In this document: positions 1 to 10,059 of the stretch, one piece after another
How the letters are laid out: every line of letters starts with the position of its first letter
Position numbering within the stretch: position 1 is the stretch's first letter
Assembly: GCA_045605765.1 (NCBI GenBank)
Contig: JAZUQQ010000031.1
Location: forward strand, 169-64,168
Direction: 5' to 3'
Source of the DNA: Eubacteriales bacterium
GTDB lineage: Bacteria; Bacillota; Clostridia; Oscillospirales; CAG-272
Length of the DNA: 64,000 nucleotides
Made by a program: the position numbers and the translations under genes
Notes under the pieces: generated by a model
The model's input: only the letters and a program-made list of their open reading frames with translations
Database searches by the model: none
Told to the model about the DNA's origin: nothing

Positions 1-51
1 ATGTCCCTATGAACACTAACAGAACACCTTCGGAGGTTTTTGTTATACAGC

Positions 52-86
52 AAAACAGAGGGACTTTTTAGTCCCTCTGTTTTTTT
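52..86. terminator. Rho-independent terminator (bidirectional-looking) downstream of rpsU
   Basis: AAAACAGAGGGAC-loop-GTCCCTCTGTTTTTTT perfect stem with A/T tails. Confidence 0.85.
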
Positions 87-137
87 AAACCGCCTGTGCG
101 GTGCTTAATTTGTCGTTAAGTAAACAAAAAAGTGAAA

Positions 138-314
138 TTACTTGTACTTACGCTTTCTTGCTGCTTCGGACTTCTTCTTGCGCTTTACACTGGGCTTGTC
201 GTACTGCTCTCTCTTTTTGAGTTCAGTAAGAACGCCCGAACGCTGCTGAGCTCTCTTGAATCTGCGAAGCGCGCTGTCGATAGATTCATTTTCCTTAACT
301 CTGATCTCTGCCAT
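138..314 (-). CDS. rpsU: 30S ribosomal protein S21
   Basis: [21 protein letters not shown]...[19 protein letters not shown]; start moved to ATG 314 behind an AGGAGG RBS. Confidence 0.97.
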   Translation of the reverse strand: MAEIRVKENESIDSALRRFKRAQQRSGVLTELKKREQYDKPSVKRKKKSEAARKRKYK

Positions 315-403
315 TAACCATCCCTCCTCTCGCCTCTGCAAGAGAAAATCTCTTAATTCCTGTGAAAGGGAAATGTTTCCTTTTTCAAAAACATTTCCTA
401 CGT

Positions 404-432
404 ATTATACAACAATACTTTGCCAATGTCAA
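404..432 (-). promoter_or_regulatory. sigma-A promoter for rpsU
   Basis: TTGACA-17 bp-TATAAT on minus strand. Confidence 0.85.
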
Positions 433-479
433 TAGTTATTTAAAACAAGTTTGAGATTTTTTAACTTTTTTTGCAAAAA

Positions 480-2882
480 TTATCTTACAACGATGTTTAC
501 AAGCTTGCCGGGAACACAAATTTCCTTGATAAGCGTCTTTCCTTCAATAAGCTCTGCGATACGCTCGTTAGCCTTTGCGGCTGCAAGCATATCTTCCTTA
601 GAAGCGTCCGCGGAGATAACTACCGTTGCACGAAGCTTTCCGCAGATCTGAACTGCGATCTCGATGGTCGCATCAACAGTCTTTGCCTCGTCGTAGGTCG
701 GCCAAGGAGAGGTGGCAAGCATCTCGGAGTTGCCGAGCCACTCGTTTATCTCCTCGCAAACGTGAGGGGCAAAGGGCGAAAGGATAGATACGAAGGTGTG
801 GAGCTCGTCGCAAGTGAGTTTTCCGACCTCGTAAATTCTGTTGAGAAGTGTCATCATAGCCGCGATAGCGGTGTTGAACTTCATTGCTTCGATGTCGTCG
901 GTGACCTTCTTGATTGTCTTGTGGAAGTCGCTTTCAAGCTCGGCAGTCACACCGTTTCCTGCGGCAATATCCGAGAGAGCGGCAACACGCTCGATAAATC
1001 TGCGGCAACCCTTAACACTGCTTTCGGACCAGGGAGCTGCGCTTCCGTATTCGCCCATAAAGAGCACGTATGTGCGGAGCGTATCTGCGCCGTAGGTGTT
1101 TACGATGTCATTGGGATCGATAACGTTTCCTCGGCTTTTACTCATCTTGACTCCGTCAGGACCGAGAATAAGACCTTGAGCAGTACGCTTTGCATACGGT
1201 TCCTCGTAGGGAACGAGTCCGAGATCGTAAAGGAACTTGTACCAGAAACGCGAATAGATCATATGACGGGTAACGTGCTCCATACCGCCGTTATACCAGT
1301 CAACGGGCATCCAGTATTTGAGAGCCTCTTCGTTTGCAAAAGAATCGCTGTTGCTCGGGTCAACGTAGCGCAGGAAATACCAGGACGATCCTGCCCACTG
1401 AGGCATGGTGTCGGTTTCGCGCTTGGCATCTCCGCCGCACTTAGGACACTTGCAGTTTACAAAGGAGTCGATCTTTGCAAGAGGACTCTCTCCACCCTCG
1501 CCGGGCTCAAAGTTTTCAACTGCGGGAAGTCTGAGTGGTAACTCATCGTAGGGAAGAGCGACCATTCCGCAGACAGGGCAGTGAACGATCGGGATCGGCT
1601 CACCCCAGTATCTCTGACGGTTGAATGCCCAGTCCTTCATCTTGTACTGTACGCCCTTTTCACCCACGCCGCGCTCTGCAAGGACTTCGGTGGCCTTTGA
1701 AATAGAATCTTTCTTATTCATAAAGCCGTTGAGGAAATCGGAGTTTATCATTTCTCCGTCGCCCGTATAAGCGCCCTCGTCGATGTTTCCACCTTTGATT
1801 ACCTCGATTATGTCAATGCCGAACTTCTTTGCGAAGTCGTAGTCACGCTCGTCGTGAGCAGGAACTGCCATAATAGCGCCCGTTCCGTAGCCCATCATAA
1901 CGTAATCCGCGATGTAGATCGGAATTTCCTTGCCCGAAAGGGGATTTATTGCAGTAATACCTTCAATGCAAACGCCGGTCTTGTCCTTTACGAGCTGAGT
2001 GCGCTCGAACTCGGTCTTTTTACTACACTCCTCGCGGTATGCCTTGATGGCGTCCATATTGGTTATGCGGTCTGCGTATTTTTCAATGTAGGGATGTTCG
2101 GGAGCCATAACCATAAAGGTTACGCCGAACATAGTGTCGGGACGGGTGGTGTAGATGCGGAGACTGTCATCTGTACCGCTTATTTTAAAGCTTGCAAACG
2201 CACCCTCGCTTCGACCGATCCAGTTGACCTGTTGCATCTTGATATTGGGAAGATAATCTACCTTTTCAAGACCGCTGAGCAGCTTGTCCGCGTATTCGGT
2301 AATTCTCAGATACCAAACGTCCTTGGATTTTTGAACGACATCGCTTCCGCAGATGTCGCATTTTCCACCCTGTGAGTCCTCGTTAGAGAGAACGCATTTA
2401 CATTTAGGGCAGTAGTTTACAAGAGCCTGATCGCGGAAAGCAAGTCCGTTTTCGAACATTTTTAGGAAGATCCACTGAGTCCACTTGTAGTAGTTCTCGT
2501 CGGTGGTGTCAATCACTCTCGACCAGTCAAAGGAAAATCCGACCTTTTTAAGCTGGGAGGTGAACTTTTCAATGTTCTTGTCGGTAAGAGTTCTCGGGTG
2601 AGTGTTGAACTTGATAGCTGAGTTTTCGGTAGGAAGACCGAAAGCATCAAAACCGATCGGAAAGAGTACGTTGTAACCTTCTTTACGGCGTTTGCGGGAT
2701 ACCACTTCAAGACCCGAATAAGCCTTAATGTGTCCCACGTGCATACCCGATCCGCTGGGATAGGGAAATTCAACGAGAGCGTAGAATTTATCCTTTGAGT
2801 AGTCATCAGACGCCTCAAACACCTTTGCCTGTTCCCAACGAGACTGCCATTTTTCTTCAATGGATTTAAAATCGTATTTCAT
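480..2882 (-). CDS. leuS: Leucine--tRNA ligase
   Basis: FPYPSGSGMHVGH (HIGH) and KMSKS motifs, CP1 editing domain TTRPDT; start set at MKYDFK (2882). Confidence 0.97.
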   Translation of the reverse strand: MKYDFKSIEEKWQSRWEQAKVFEASDDYSKDKFYALVEFPYPSGSGMHVGHIKAYSGLEVVSRKRRKEGYNVLFPIGFDAFGLPTENSAIKFNTHPRTLTDKNIEKFTSQLKKVGFSFDWSRVIDTTDENYYKWTQWIFLKMFENGLAFRDQALVNYCPKCKCVLSNEDSQGGKCDICGSDVVQKSKDVWYLRITEYADKLLSGLEKVDYLPNIKMQQVNWIGRSEGAFASFKISGTDDSLRIYTTRPDTMFGVTFMVMAPEHPYIEKYADRITNMDAIKAYREECSKKTEFERTQLVKDKTGVCIEGITAINPLSGKEIPIYIADYVMMGYGTGAIMAVPAHDERDYDFAKKFGIDIIEVIKGGNIDEGAYTGDGEMINSDFLNGFMNKKDSISKATEVLAERGVGEKGVQYKMKDWAFNRQRYWGEPIPIVHCPVCGMVALPYDELPLRLPAVENFEPGEGGESPLAKIDSFVNCKCPKCGGDAKRETDTMPQWAGSSWYFLRYVDPSNSDSFANEEALKYWMPVDWYNGGMEHVTRHMIYSRFWYKFLYDLGLVPYEEPYAKRTAQGLILGPDGVKMSKSRGNVIDPNDIVNTYGADTLRTYVLFMGEYGSAAPWSESSVKGCRRFIERVAALSDIAAGNGVTAELESDFHKTIKKVTDDIEAMKFNTAIAAMMTLLNRIYEVGKLTCDELHTFVSILSPFAPHVCEEINEWLGNSEMLATSPWPTYDEAKTVDATIEIAVQICGKLRATVVISADASKEDMLAAAKANERIAELIEGKTLIKEICVPGKLVNIVVR

Positions 2883-2923
2883 AATCTTTAAAACCTTTCG
2901 CCTTAGTTGTGTTGGTAAATTTG

Positions 2924-3280
2924 TCAGTCGATAAGAAGATGCGAGATATCGACGTTTTCGGCATCCGACCAAAGCTTGTCAAGCTTGTAGAATTCCTTTG
3001 CGTTTTTGGTGAAGATGTGGACCATAACGCTATTATAATCGAGAACTATCCATGAAGCGTCCTCGTGTCCTTCAATGTTGAGCGGAGTTTCGCCTATCTC
3101 ACCGAGTTTAAATTCAAGCTCGCCCGCAAGAGCGCGGTTATGAGTGGTGGAGGTTCCGTTGCATATAACGAGATATTCGGTAAGGACGGTCTTTTCTTCA
3201 ACGTAGAGAAGAGAAATGTCCTGAGCACTTTTCTCGTCAAGTATCTTTACAATTTTTTGTGCAAGTTCGAGAGCAGTCAT
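2924..3280 (-). CDS. rsfS: Ribosome silencing factor
   Basis: ILDEKSAQDI...LVICNGTSTTH...WIVLDYNSVMVHIF...FYKLDKLW; nadD-yqeK-rsfS synteny. Confidence 0.93.
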   Translation of the reverse strand: MTALELAQKIVKILDEKSAQDISLLYVEEKTVLTEYLVICNGTSTTHNRALAGELEFKLGEIGETPLNIEGHEDASWIVLDYNSVMVHIFTKNAKEFYKLDKLWSDAENVDISHLLID

Positions 3281-3317
3281 ACATATTCCTTTCTATGTGC
3301 CAAAATAAGGCAAAATT

Positions 3318-3346
3318 ATTATAACACTAAAGTAATGATTATTCAA
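3318..3346 (-). promoter_or_regulatory. sigma-A promoter for rsfS-leuS
   Basis: TTGAAT-17 bp-TATAAT with extended -10 TG. Confidence 0.6.
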
Positions 3347-3983
3347 TAGTTTTTAAGATAAAATCTTTGCATTTTATCGCATCGGGATGGACTTTTCTTC
3401 CGTTTTCTGCAAGATGCGCTTCTGTCTGTAACAGAATTTTTATAATCACCCCGTCAAGTACTCTGTAAATATCGGCTCGGTCCTTTGTGAGATCGCTGTA
3501 AAAAGACTCGCGAGTACGACGGCAAATATCCCATTTTCGCGTAGGCTCTATATAGTCTGCAATAAAAAGAAGCTTTGCGATTATCGACATATTTTCCGCA
3601 CCCGTCGTATGCTGAGCAATGGCTGTGCATATTTCATCGTCAACATAGTCCAAAAACTCGTACTCTGCAATCTTTGCTCCTGCTTTCGCGTGAAGGACTG
3701 CGGGGCATTCAAGGTCGTGTGCGGTAAAGCCGATAGAATATTTTTCGTCAAGCGAAGTATACTGCTCGACCGATAGTCCTTTTACAATATCGTGAAGAAG
3801 AGCAGATATTAAGATGCGCATCTTGTCTGCCTTGTCAAAGCTGAAAATTTCGGCGAGAGCGAGACATTCCCGTGCTACCGAGAAAGTGTGCTCCAAGCGG
3901 TATTTGTCAGTTATACGGCGAGATATTTCGCCCGTCAGAGCATCAAGGAAGTCCGGAATACCGTGAATTTCGTTTTTAATCAT
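3339..3983 (-). CDS. yqeK: HD-domain protein, YqeK-type symmetrical Ap4A hydrolase
   Basis: RLEHTFSV, ALLHDIVK, LHAKAGA, AIAQHTTG, IADYIEPTR motifs; follows nadD. Confidence 0.88.
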   Translation of the reverse strand: MIKNEIHGIPDFLDALTGEISRRITDKYRLEHTFSVARECLALAEIFSFDKADKMRILISALLHDIVKGLSVEQYTSLDEKYSIGFTAHDLECPAVLHAKAGAKIAEYEFLDYVDDEICTAIAQHTTGAENMSIIAKLLFIADYIEPTRKWDICRRTRESFYSDLTKDRADIYRVLDGVIIKILLQTEAHLAENGRKVHPDAIKCKDFILKTIE

Positions 3984-4600
3984 TTTAAATACAGTTTGTG
4001 TTCTTTTATATAGCCGTATACGGCGGGGGAGAGATACTTTTCCAAGTTGCCGCCCGATGCTAAAGCATTACGAAGCTCGGACGAAGAAATCTCAGTGGGT
4101 GAATTTTCGAGCAAAATTATCGAGGCACCGTATTTTTCTTCAAAATATTTTTTCGCTCTTGTAATTTCGCTTTTTATTTCCTCGGTGATATTCTCGCGAG
4201 GCGCAAGAGCTATTGTCGATAACTCGAATATGCGCGAGGTTTTTTTCCACTCTTCAAGAGTTAAAAACATATCAGTTCCGCATAGGAAAAACAGGCTCGT
4301 ATCTGGAGCAGAGAAGTGTTCGAGCGTTTCAAAGGTGTAGCTGACACCGCCCTTTTTAAGCTCAAAGTCCGAAACCGAAACAAGATCTCCGAAGCCCTCG
4401 CTTTCCGAAAAGGCGAGTCTTGTCATATTAAAACGGTGCATAGGATCTATCTCGTGCATCTGTTTGTGAGGCGGGATAAAGGTGGGTATTACAAGAAGTG
4501 AGTCAAGACGCGCCCGCTTTATAAAAGCCTTTGCCGCCGAAGCGTGACCGATATGCGGAGGCGAGAAGGTTCCGCCGAAAATTCCGATACGCTTTTTCAT
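3980..4600 (-). CDS. nadD: Nicotinate-nucleotide adenylyltransferase
   Basis: GIFGGTFSPPHIGH, SYTFETL, ISSSELR. Confidence 0.95.
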   Translation of the reverse strand: MKKRIGIFGGTFSPPHIGHASAAKAFIKRARLDSLLVIPTFIPPHKQMHEIDPMHRFNMTRLAFSESEGFGDLVSVSDFELKKGGVSYTFETLEHFSAPDTSLFFLCGTDMFLTLEEWKKTSRIFELSTIALAPRENITEEIKSEITRAKKYFEEKYGASIILLENSPTEISSSELRNALASGGNLEKYLSPAVYGYIKEHKLYLK

Positions 4601-4899
4601 ATCTTTTGGAGGCGTTTGAGGTCGATCTTCTTGTGCTTCTCAGACTCTCTGTAAAGCACGAAGGTACTGCCGACAACTCCGACGACTGCCGAAGAGGTAG
4701 ACTTAGAGATAGCCTCTGCCGCCTCACGGGACGTGTGTTCACAGTTTTGAAGAACGCGAAGCTTGATAAGCTCTCTTGCTTCAAGCGTGTCCGAGATCTG
4801 TTTTATCATATTTTCATTTATTCCGCCCTTGCCGACCTGAAAAATAACGGGCTCGGTCATAGCCAGCGAGCGGAGATATGCTCTTTGTTTGCTTGTCAT
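4597..4899 (-). CDS. yhbY: YhbY/CRM RNA-binding ribosome assembly protein
   Basis: MTSKQRAYLRSLA...QVGKGG...RELIKLRVLQN. Confidence 0.93.
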   Translation of the reverse strand: MTSKQRAYLRSLAMTEPVIFQVGKGGINENMIKQISDTLEARELIKLRVLQNCEHTSREAAEAISKSTSSAVVGVVGSTFVLYRESEKHKKIDLKRLQKI

Positions 4900-4923
4900 A
4901 TGTTTTTGTCCTTTTAAAATTAC

Positions 4924-5526
4924 TTAGTTGTATTTGCTAAGAAAATCCGACAACTGCGGAATAAGCGACGAGAGCGCAACGGCACGGTGACTGATTTCAT
5001 TCTTTTCCTTTGAGGATAATTCTCCAAAGGTTTTTTTAAGAGGAGGATAGATGAAAAGCGGATCGTATCCAAATCCGCCTTCTCCTTTCAGCTCCTTGGC
5101 AATAACTCCGTGACATTCGCCGCGTACGGTGAGAATGTTTCCGTCGGGTGAGAGAGCGCAGAAAACGCAGACAAATTTAGCCGAGCGGTCGGAAACGCCG
5201 TTAAGCTCCGAAAGGAGCTTTTCGTTGTTCTTTTCGTAGTTTGCATCTTCTCCCGAGTATCTTGCCGAATAAATACCGGGCGCACCGCCGAGAGCATTGA
5301 CCGCAAGACCGCTGTCATCAGCAAGTCCGATATATCCGAGCGAGGCGGGAACTGACGCCTTGATTTTAGCATTTTCCTCAAAGCTATCGCCGTTTTCCTC
5401 GATCTCGCCGTCGTATCCGATGTCGTCGAGCGAGAGAATATCAAGCTCTTTGCCGGTAATCGAGCGATAAATTTGTTTTATTTCTTTTATCTTGTTCTTG
5501 TTTCTCGATGCGAGAACGACCTTCAT
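4924..5526 (-). CDS. rdgB: Non-canonical purine NTP (dITP/XTP) pyrophosphatase
   Basis: ASRNKNKIKE, DDSGLAVNALGGAPGIYSARY, GFGYDPLF, SHRAVA. Confidence 0.95.
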   Translation of the reverse strand: MKVVLASRNKNKIKEIKQIYRSITGKELDILSLDDIGYDGEIEENGDSFEENAKIKASVPASLGYIGLADDSGLAVNALGGAPGIYSARYSGEDANYEKNNEKLLSELNGVSDRSAKFVCVFCALSPDGNILTVRGECHGVIAKELKGEGGFGYDPLFIYPPLKKTFGELSSKEKNEISHRAVALSSLIPQLSDFLSKYN

Positions 5527-5552
5527 TTAAAAAAACAGTCCTTTCGGAAAAA

Positions 5553-6452
5553 TTATTCAAAGAGCGCGTTTACAAAATCGACAGGTTCAAAGTCTTGAAG
5601 CTCGTCGATCTTTTCGCCGACTCCGATGAATTTAACGGGTATGCCAAGCTCGTTCTTTATACAGAATACGATGCCACCCTTTGCGGTGCCGTCGAGCTTT
5701 GTGAGCACAAGACCGGTGATCTCGGAGGTGTTTCTGAACTCTTTTGCCTGATTTACCGCATTCTGTCCGGTGGTAGAGTCGAGAACGAGGAGAGTTTCTC
5801 TCGAAGCGTCGGGAAGCTGCTTGTCGATAACGCGATTTATCTTTGAGAGCTCATTCATAAGATTTTTCTTGTTGTGCAGACGGCCTGCAGTGTCAATTAT
5901 GAGAATATCGCTACCGCGCTTGACTGCGGCTGCTGCCGCGTCGTAAACGACTGCCGCAGGGTCAGAGCCTTCGGAAGATTTTACTATCTGAACTCCTGCG
6001 CGCTCCGCCCATATCGAGAGCTGCTCTATAGCTCCTGCACGGAAGGTGTCGCCTGCCGCGAGCAGTACCGATTTTCCTTGCTCCTTGTAAAGATGAGCGA
6101 GCTTGGCAATAGAGGTCGTCTTGCCGACTCCGTTTACTCCGATAACGAGAATGACCGAAGGCTTTGAGCTGAGATTCATTTCCGATTTTTCGCCGATCAT
6201 TTCAAGAAGAATAGTTTTGAGCGCCTCGGTAGCCTCCTCGGACTCCTTGATCTTTTCTTCCTTGATCTTCTGGCGAAGCTTTTCCATTATTATTTCGGTA
6301 GATTCGATACCTACGTCTGCGCAGATGAGCATTTCTTCGAGCTCTTCGAGCGTATCCTCGGATACGCCGCGTCTGAATATCGAAACAATGCCCGAAAAAG
6401 CAGAGCTTTTGGTCTTAAAAAGACCGTTTTTCAGTTTTTCAAAAAATCCCAT
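5553..6452 (-). CDS. ftsY: Signal recognition particle receptor
   Basis: GVNGVGKTT, DTFRAGA, DTAGRLH, TKLDGTAKGG. Confidence 0.97.
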   Translation of the reverse strand: MGFFEKLKNGLFKTKSSAFSGIVSIFRRGVSEDTLEELEEMLICADVGIESTEIIMEKLRQKIKEEKIKESEEATEALKTILLEMIGEKSEMNLSSKPSVILVIGVNGVGKTTSIAKLAHLYKEQGKSVLLAAGDTFRAGAIEQLSIWAERAGVQIVKSSEGSDPAAVVYDAAAAAVKRGSDILIIDTAGRLHNKKNLMNELSKINRVIDKQLPDASRETLLVLDSTTGQNAVNQAKEFRNTSEITGLVLTKLDGTAKGGIVFCIKNELGIPVKFIGVGEKIDELQDFEPVDFVNALFE

Positions 6453-9400
6453 TATAGTTTTACTCCGAGTTTCTTTTCAATTTCACTGAGGTTGACCGAG
6501 AGAAGCTGCGAAACGCCGCGCTCCTGCATAGTAACGCCGTACATTTCGTCTGCCGCTTCCATCGTTCCGCGTCTGTGAGTGATGATGATAAACTGCACCG
6601 TGTCAGAGAATTTCTTTGCATAGTTAGCAAATCTCGTTACGTTTACGTCGTCAAGGGCAGACTCTATCTCGTCAAGCAGACAGAAGGGCGGAGGGTTGAT
6701 CATAATTATTGCAAAGTAGATGGCTACCGCAATGAAGGACTGCTCGCCACCCGAAAGCTGACGGAGACTATGTATCTTTTTTCCGGGAGGAGCAACGTTT
6801 ATGTCAATACCGCTCGTCAGAAGATTGTCCGGATCGGTGAGAGTAAGCGACGCACTTCCTCCGCCAAAAAGATCCTTAAATACCTTGCCGAAGTTTTCGT
6901 TTATCTGTGCAAAGGTTTCGGAGAACTTTCCGCGCATTTCCTTTTCAAGACGCGCTATGACCTGTAAGCAGTCGGCTTTCGCTTTTTGGAGGTCCTCGAT
7001 CTGACCGGACATAAAGTCGTATTCCTTCTTGACCTCGGCGTATTCTTCAATGGCGTGGACGTTTACGTGTCCGAGCGATTTCATCTTTTCGTGTAGAATA
7101 TTCTGCTCGGCAACCATAGAAGTACGGTTTTCTGCCGTAGTTTCGGGAACTTCTATCGCACAAGCGTCTGCATAGGAGAGATTGTACTCGTCCCAAAGAC
7201 GGTCTGTAAGACGTTCTTTTTCCTCACGTATGCGTTCGGACGAAGCTTCGAGTTTTGTTACAGACATGAATGCAAGCTCTCTATCTCTCGATTTGTCCTT
7301 TATCGCCGCCCGGTTAAGCGCGATTTCCTTTTCATATTCTTCACCGTCGGCAGAGAGCTTTGATAAAAGATCTTCGAGTTCCGCAAGCTTCTTTTCCGAA
7401 AGTAGTATTTCTTCTTTGGTTACCTTCGCTTCTTCTTCAAGCTCGCTTATGCGAATGTTTATCTCGCGTGAGCGAAGGGCAATATCTTCGATATCCTTTT
7501 TGAGCGATGCGATAAGCGATGCGTTCTGAGTAAGGCGGGAGTCTGTATTCTCGACCTCCTTGCCTCTGACCGAAACACTGACGAGAAGCTCGTTCTTTTC
7601 ACTTACCAGAGTAGCGATAAAGAGATTTACCTCTTTTATCTTGCAACGGAGCTCTTCAAGCTCCTTGTCACTCTTTTCGATGAGTGAAGTTAGCTCTTCA
7701 ATGCGGCGGCTCATTTCAAGAGCCTTCGCGGAGCGCTCGTTTCTTTCCTTCTCGATCTCTCCCAACTTTTCGGATATTTCATTTATTCTTGCATCTATTT
7801 CGGCAAGAGATCTTTCCCTAAGTGAAAGGGAAGCCTCCCCCGCGCTTATTAGCGAGGAGAGCATAGATGCACTGTCGGAATTTCTTTCGAGACTGCCAAC
7901 TATTTCGTCTGATCTCGTTTTGAGCTCTGCGAAATCTGCGCGAAGCTTTTCGCATCTGTCAAGAGCCTTCTTTTCTTCCTCGTCAAGCTTTGTAATATCA
8001 AGGCTTCTCGTAAGAATTCCGCTGTCGCGCTTTGCCGCACCTCCCGTGAAGGATCCGCCTGCATTTATAAGCTGACCGTCGAGAGTAACTATTCTTACAC
8101 TGTATCCGAGTGCCTTGGCGGTAAGGGAAGCGTTGTCAAGCGTGTCGAAAATTACCGTTCTTCCGAGTAGATAAGATATTACAGATCTGCATTTTTCCTC
8201 ACATTCGACGAGCTCATCGGCAATACCGATATATCCCTTGCTCTTTGTGAGAGAAGCAAGATTTACGTTTAACTTCTGAGGCTTTATCGATGTGAGAGGA
8301 TAGAAGGTCGCGCGACCTGCATTTTCACGCTTCAAATATTCAATGGCAGTCTTTGCCGCCTGCTCGTTTTCAACGATTATATTCTGGATGTTAGCGCCAA
8401 GAGCGGTTTCTATTGCGAGGGTAAGTTCTCTCTCTACGCTTATTTGCTTGGAAACAGGACCTATAATTCCCTTTATCTGACCTCTTGCCGATGCCTCGGC
8501 AACGGTCTTTACCGAACGCTGATATCCGTCAAAATGTTCATCCATTCTGCGCAGAGCATCAGCTTTTTGACGGCATGCGGCAGCGTTCACTGACTGTACG
8601 TCGATATCTTTTCGGATATCTTCCGCTTCATCTTCGAGCTTTGAAAGAGATTCGGTGAGCGCAGAGCGTTCTTTTCTTAGTTCTTCTGCCTTTTTTTCGT
8701 AGTGGGAAAGGGAAGCTTTGCCGCTTTCAATCTCGGCAGAGAGCGCGTTTCTCTCGTCTTGTGCCTTCTTCCTATCTTCTTCAAGCTCGGCGGTGTGTGT
8801 AATACTAGACGATGAAGTCGCACCGAAAGCAGAATAAGCAACGCGAAGCTCTGTGTATTCGCTTTCAAGCTCGGAACGCTTTTCCTCAAAAGCTTCGAGA
8901 TTTCCTTGGAGCGAATTAACTCTTTCGCGTTCTGCGTCGAGCTGCTTGGATTTTGCTTCAAAATCCTCGGAAGCCTTGGTGAATTTGGCTTCTACATCCT
9001 TTTTGTACTTACCGAGCTCGACTGCTTCAGCCTCGGAAATTTCGAGCTTTGCTTTCGTCGACTCGATATTTGCGGCACTTTCGGAGAGCGTTCCTGCCGC
9101 ATTCTGCTTATTGTTTCCTGCAAGAGTGAGACTCGTTTCAAGACGGTTCTTTTCACGTTCAGCTTCGAGAAGCTGTGTTCTGACCTGCTCGAACTCGATT
9201 CGCTTTTCCATCTGAGATTCGGCAAGCTGTTCGCTGCGCTTTTCAAGCGATGCGAGAGTACTTTCGGCGATTTCAAGCTCGTTTCTCGAAAGTATGAGCT
9301 GCTTCTCGTTTTTCTCGGAGTTTTCGAGTATTTTTCCTATGTCGTAGACTGAGATTGAAACGTCGAGTGCCTTCTTGCTTTCAAAGATCTCGTGATAAAC

Positions 9401-10042
9401 GCGAGCCTTAGCCGACTCTTTTTCGAGATGGGGCAGTCTGCGCGCGTGCTGAGCTACAATATCACTGATACGCGTGATGTTGTCCTCAGCTTCGGAGAGA
9501 CGCTTCTCGGACTCTGCCTTCTTGATGCGGTATTTGGAAATTCCCGCCGCCTCTTCGAAGATGATACGGCGGTCGTCGCTCTTCTGCGAGATTATCTCGG
9601 CAATTTTACCCTGACCGATTATCGAGTAACCAGTCTTACCTATACCCGTGTTCATAAACATCTCTGCAATATCCTTAAGACGAACCTGCTTGTTGTTTAT
9701 CAGATATTGACTGTCGCCTGTACGGAAATAACGTCTGGTGACGGTTATCTCGTCAAACTCGGAATTTATTCTGTTTTCTCCGCGATTGTCGATAGTCATA
9801 GAGACTTCAGCAAAGCCCATTGCGGGGCGGTGCTCGGTACCACCGAAGATAACGTCCTCCATCTTGGTTCCTCTGATATTCTTCGAGGAAAGCTCGCCGA
9901 GAACCCATTTTACTGCGTCCGAGATGTTAGATTTTCCGCTTCCGTTGGGACCGACTATGATGGTCATACCCGGGTCGATCTTGATTTTCGTTCTTTGAGG
10001 GAAGGATTTGAACCCGTGAAGTTCAAGCGAAAGAAGTCGCAT
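6452..10042 (-). CDS. smc: Chromosome segregation protein SMC
   Basis: GPNGSGKSN Walker A, long coiled coils, hinge (GRATFYPL...GGSFTGG), LSGGEQS and LLDEIESALD. Confidence 0.97.
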   Translation of the reverse strand: MRLLSLELHGFKSFPQRTKIKIDPGMTIIVGPNGSGKSNISDAVKWVLGELSSKNIRGTKMEDVIFGGTEHRPAMGFAEVSMTIDNRGENRINSEFDEITVTRRYFRTGDSQYLINNKQVRLKDIAEMFMNTGIGKTGYSIIGQGKIAEIISQKSDDRRIIFEEAAGISKYRIKKAESEKRLSEAEDNITRISDIVAQHARRLPHLEKESAKARVYHEIFESKKALDVSISVYDIGKILENSEKNEKQLILSRNELEIAESTLASLEKRSEQLAESQMEKRIEFEQVRTQLLEAEREKNRLETSLTLAGNNKQNAAGTLSESAANIESTKAKLEISEAEAVELGKYKKDVEAKFTKASEDFEAKSKQLDAERERVNSLQGNLEAFEEKRSELESEYTELRVAYSAFGATSSSSITHTAELEEDRKKAQDERNALSAEIESGKASLSHYEKKAEELRKERSALTESLSKLEDEAEDIRKDIDVQSVNAAACRQKADALRRMDEHFDGYQRSVKTVAEASARGQIKGIIGPVSKQISVERELTLAIETALGANIQNIIVENEQAAKTAIEYLKRENAGRATFYPLTSIKPQKLNVNLASLTKSKGYIGIADELVECEEKCRSVISYLLGRTVIFDTLDNASLTAKALGYSVRIVTLDGQLINAGGSFTGGAAKRDSGILTRSLDITKLDEEEKKALDRCEKLRADFAELKTRSDEIVGSLERNSDSASMLSSLISAGEASLSLRERSLAEIDARINEISEKLGEIEKERNERSAKALEMSRRIEELTSLIEKSDKELEELRCKIKEVNLFIATLVSEKNELLVSVSVRGKEVENTDSRLTQNASLIASLKKDIEDIALRSREINIRISELEEEAKVTKEEILLSEKKLAELEDLLSKLSADGEEYEKEIALNRAAIKDKSRDRELAFMSVTKLEASSERIREEKERLTDRLWDEYNLSYADACAIEVPETTAENRTSMVAEQNILHEKMKSLGHVNVHAIEEYAEVKKEYDFMSGQIEDLQKAKADCLQVIARLEKEMRGKFSETFAQINENFGKVFKDLFGGGSASLTLTDPDNLLTSGIDINVAPPGKKIHSLRQLSGGEQSFIAVAIYFAIIMINPPPFCLLDEIESALDDVNVTRFANYAKKFSDTVQFIIITHRRGTMEAADEMYGVTMQERGVSQLLSVNLSEIEKKLGVKL

Positions 10043-10059
10043 TTGATTTCTCCTGTACT

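Noticed and set aside
471-1541. 356-aa plus-strand ORF and the many other long antisense ORFs (e.g. 9392-10063, 15573-16547, 25906-27048, 28227-29381, 32085-33317, 47814-48626)
   Set aside because: They are shadows of well-identified genes on the opposite strand, with no family motifs or RBS; expected from the codon bias of the real gene.
2883-3338. T-box leader for leuS
   Set aside because: Only ~40 bp separate rsfS and leuS, and there is no T-box consensus or antiterminator.
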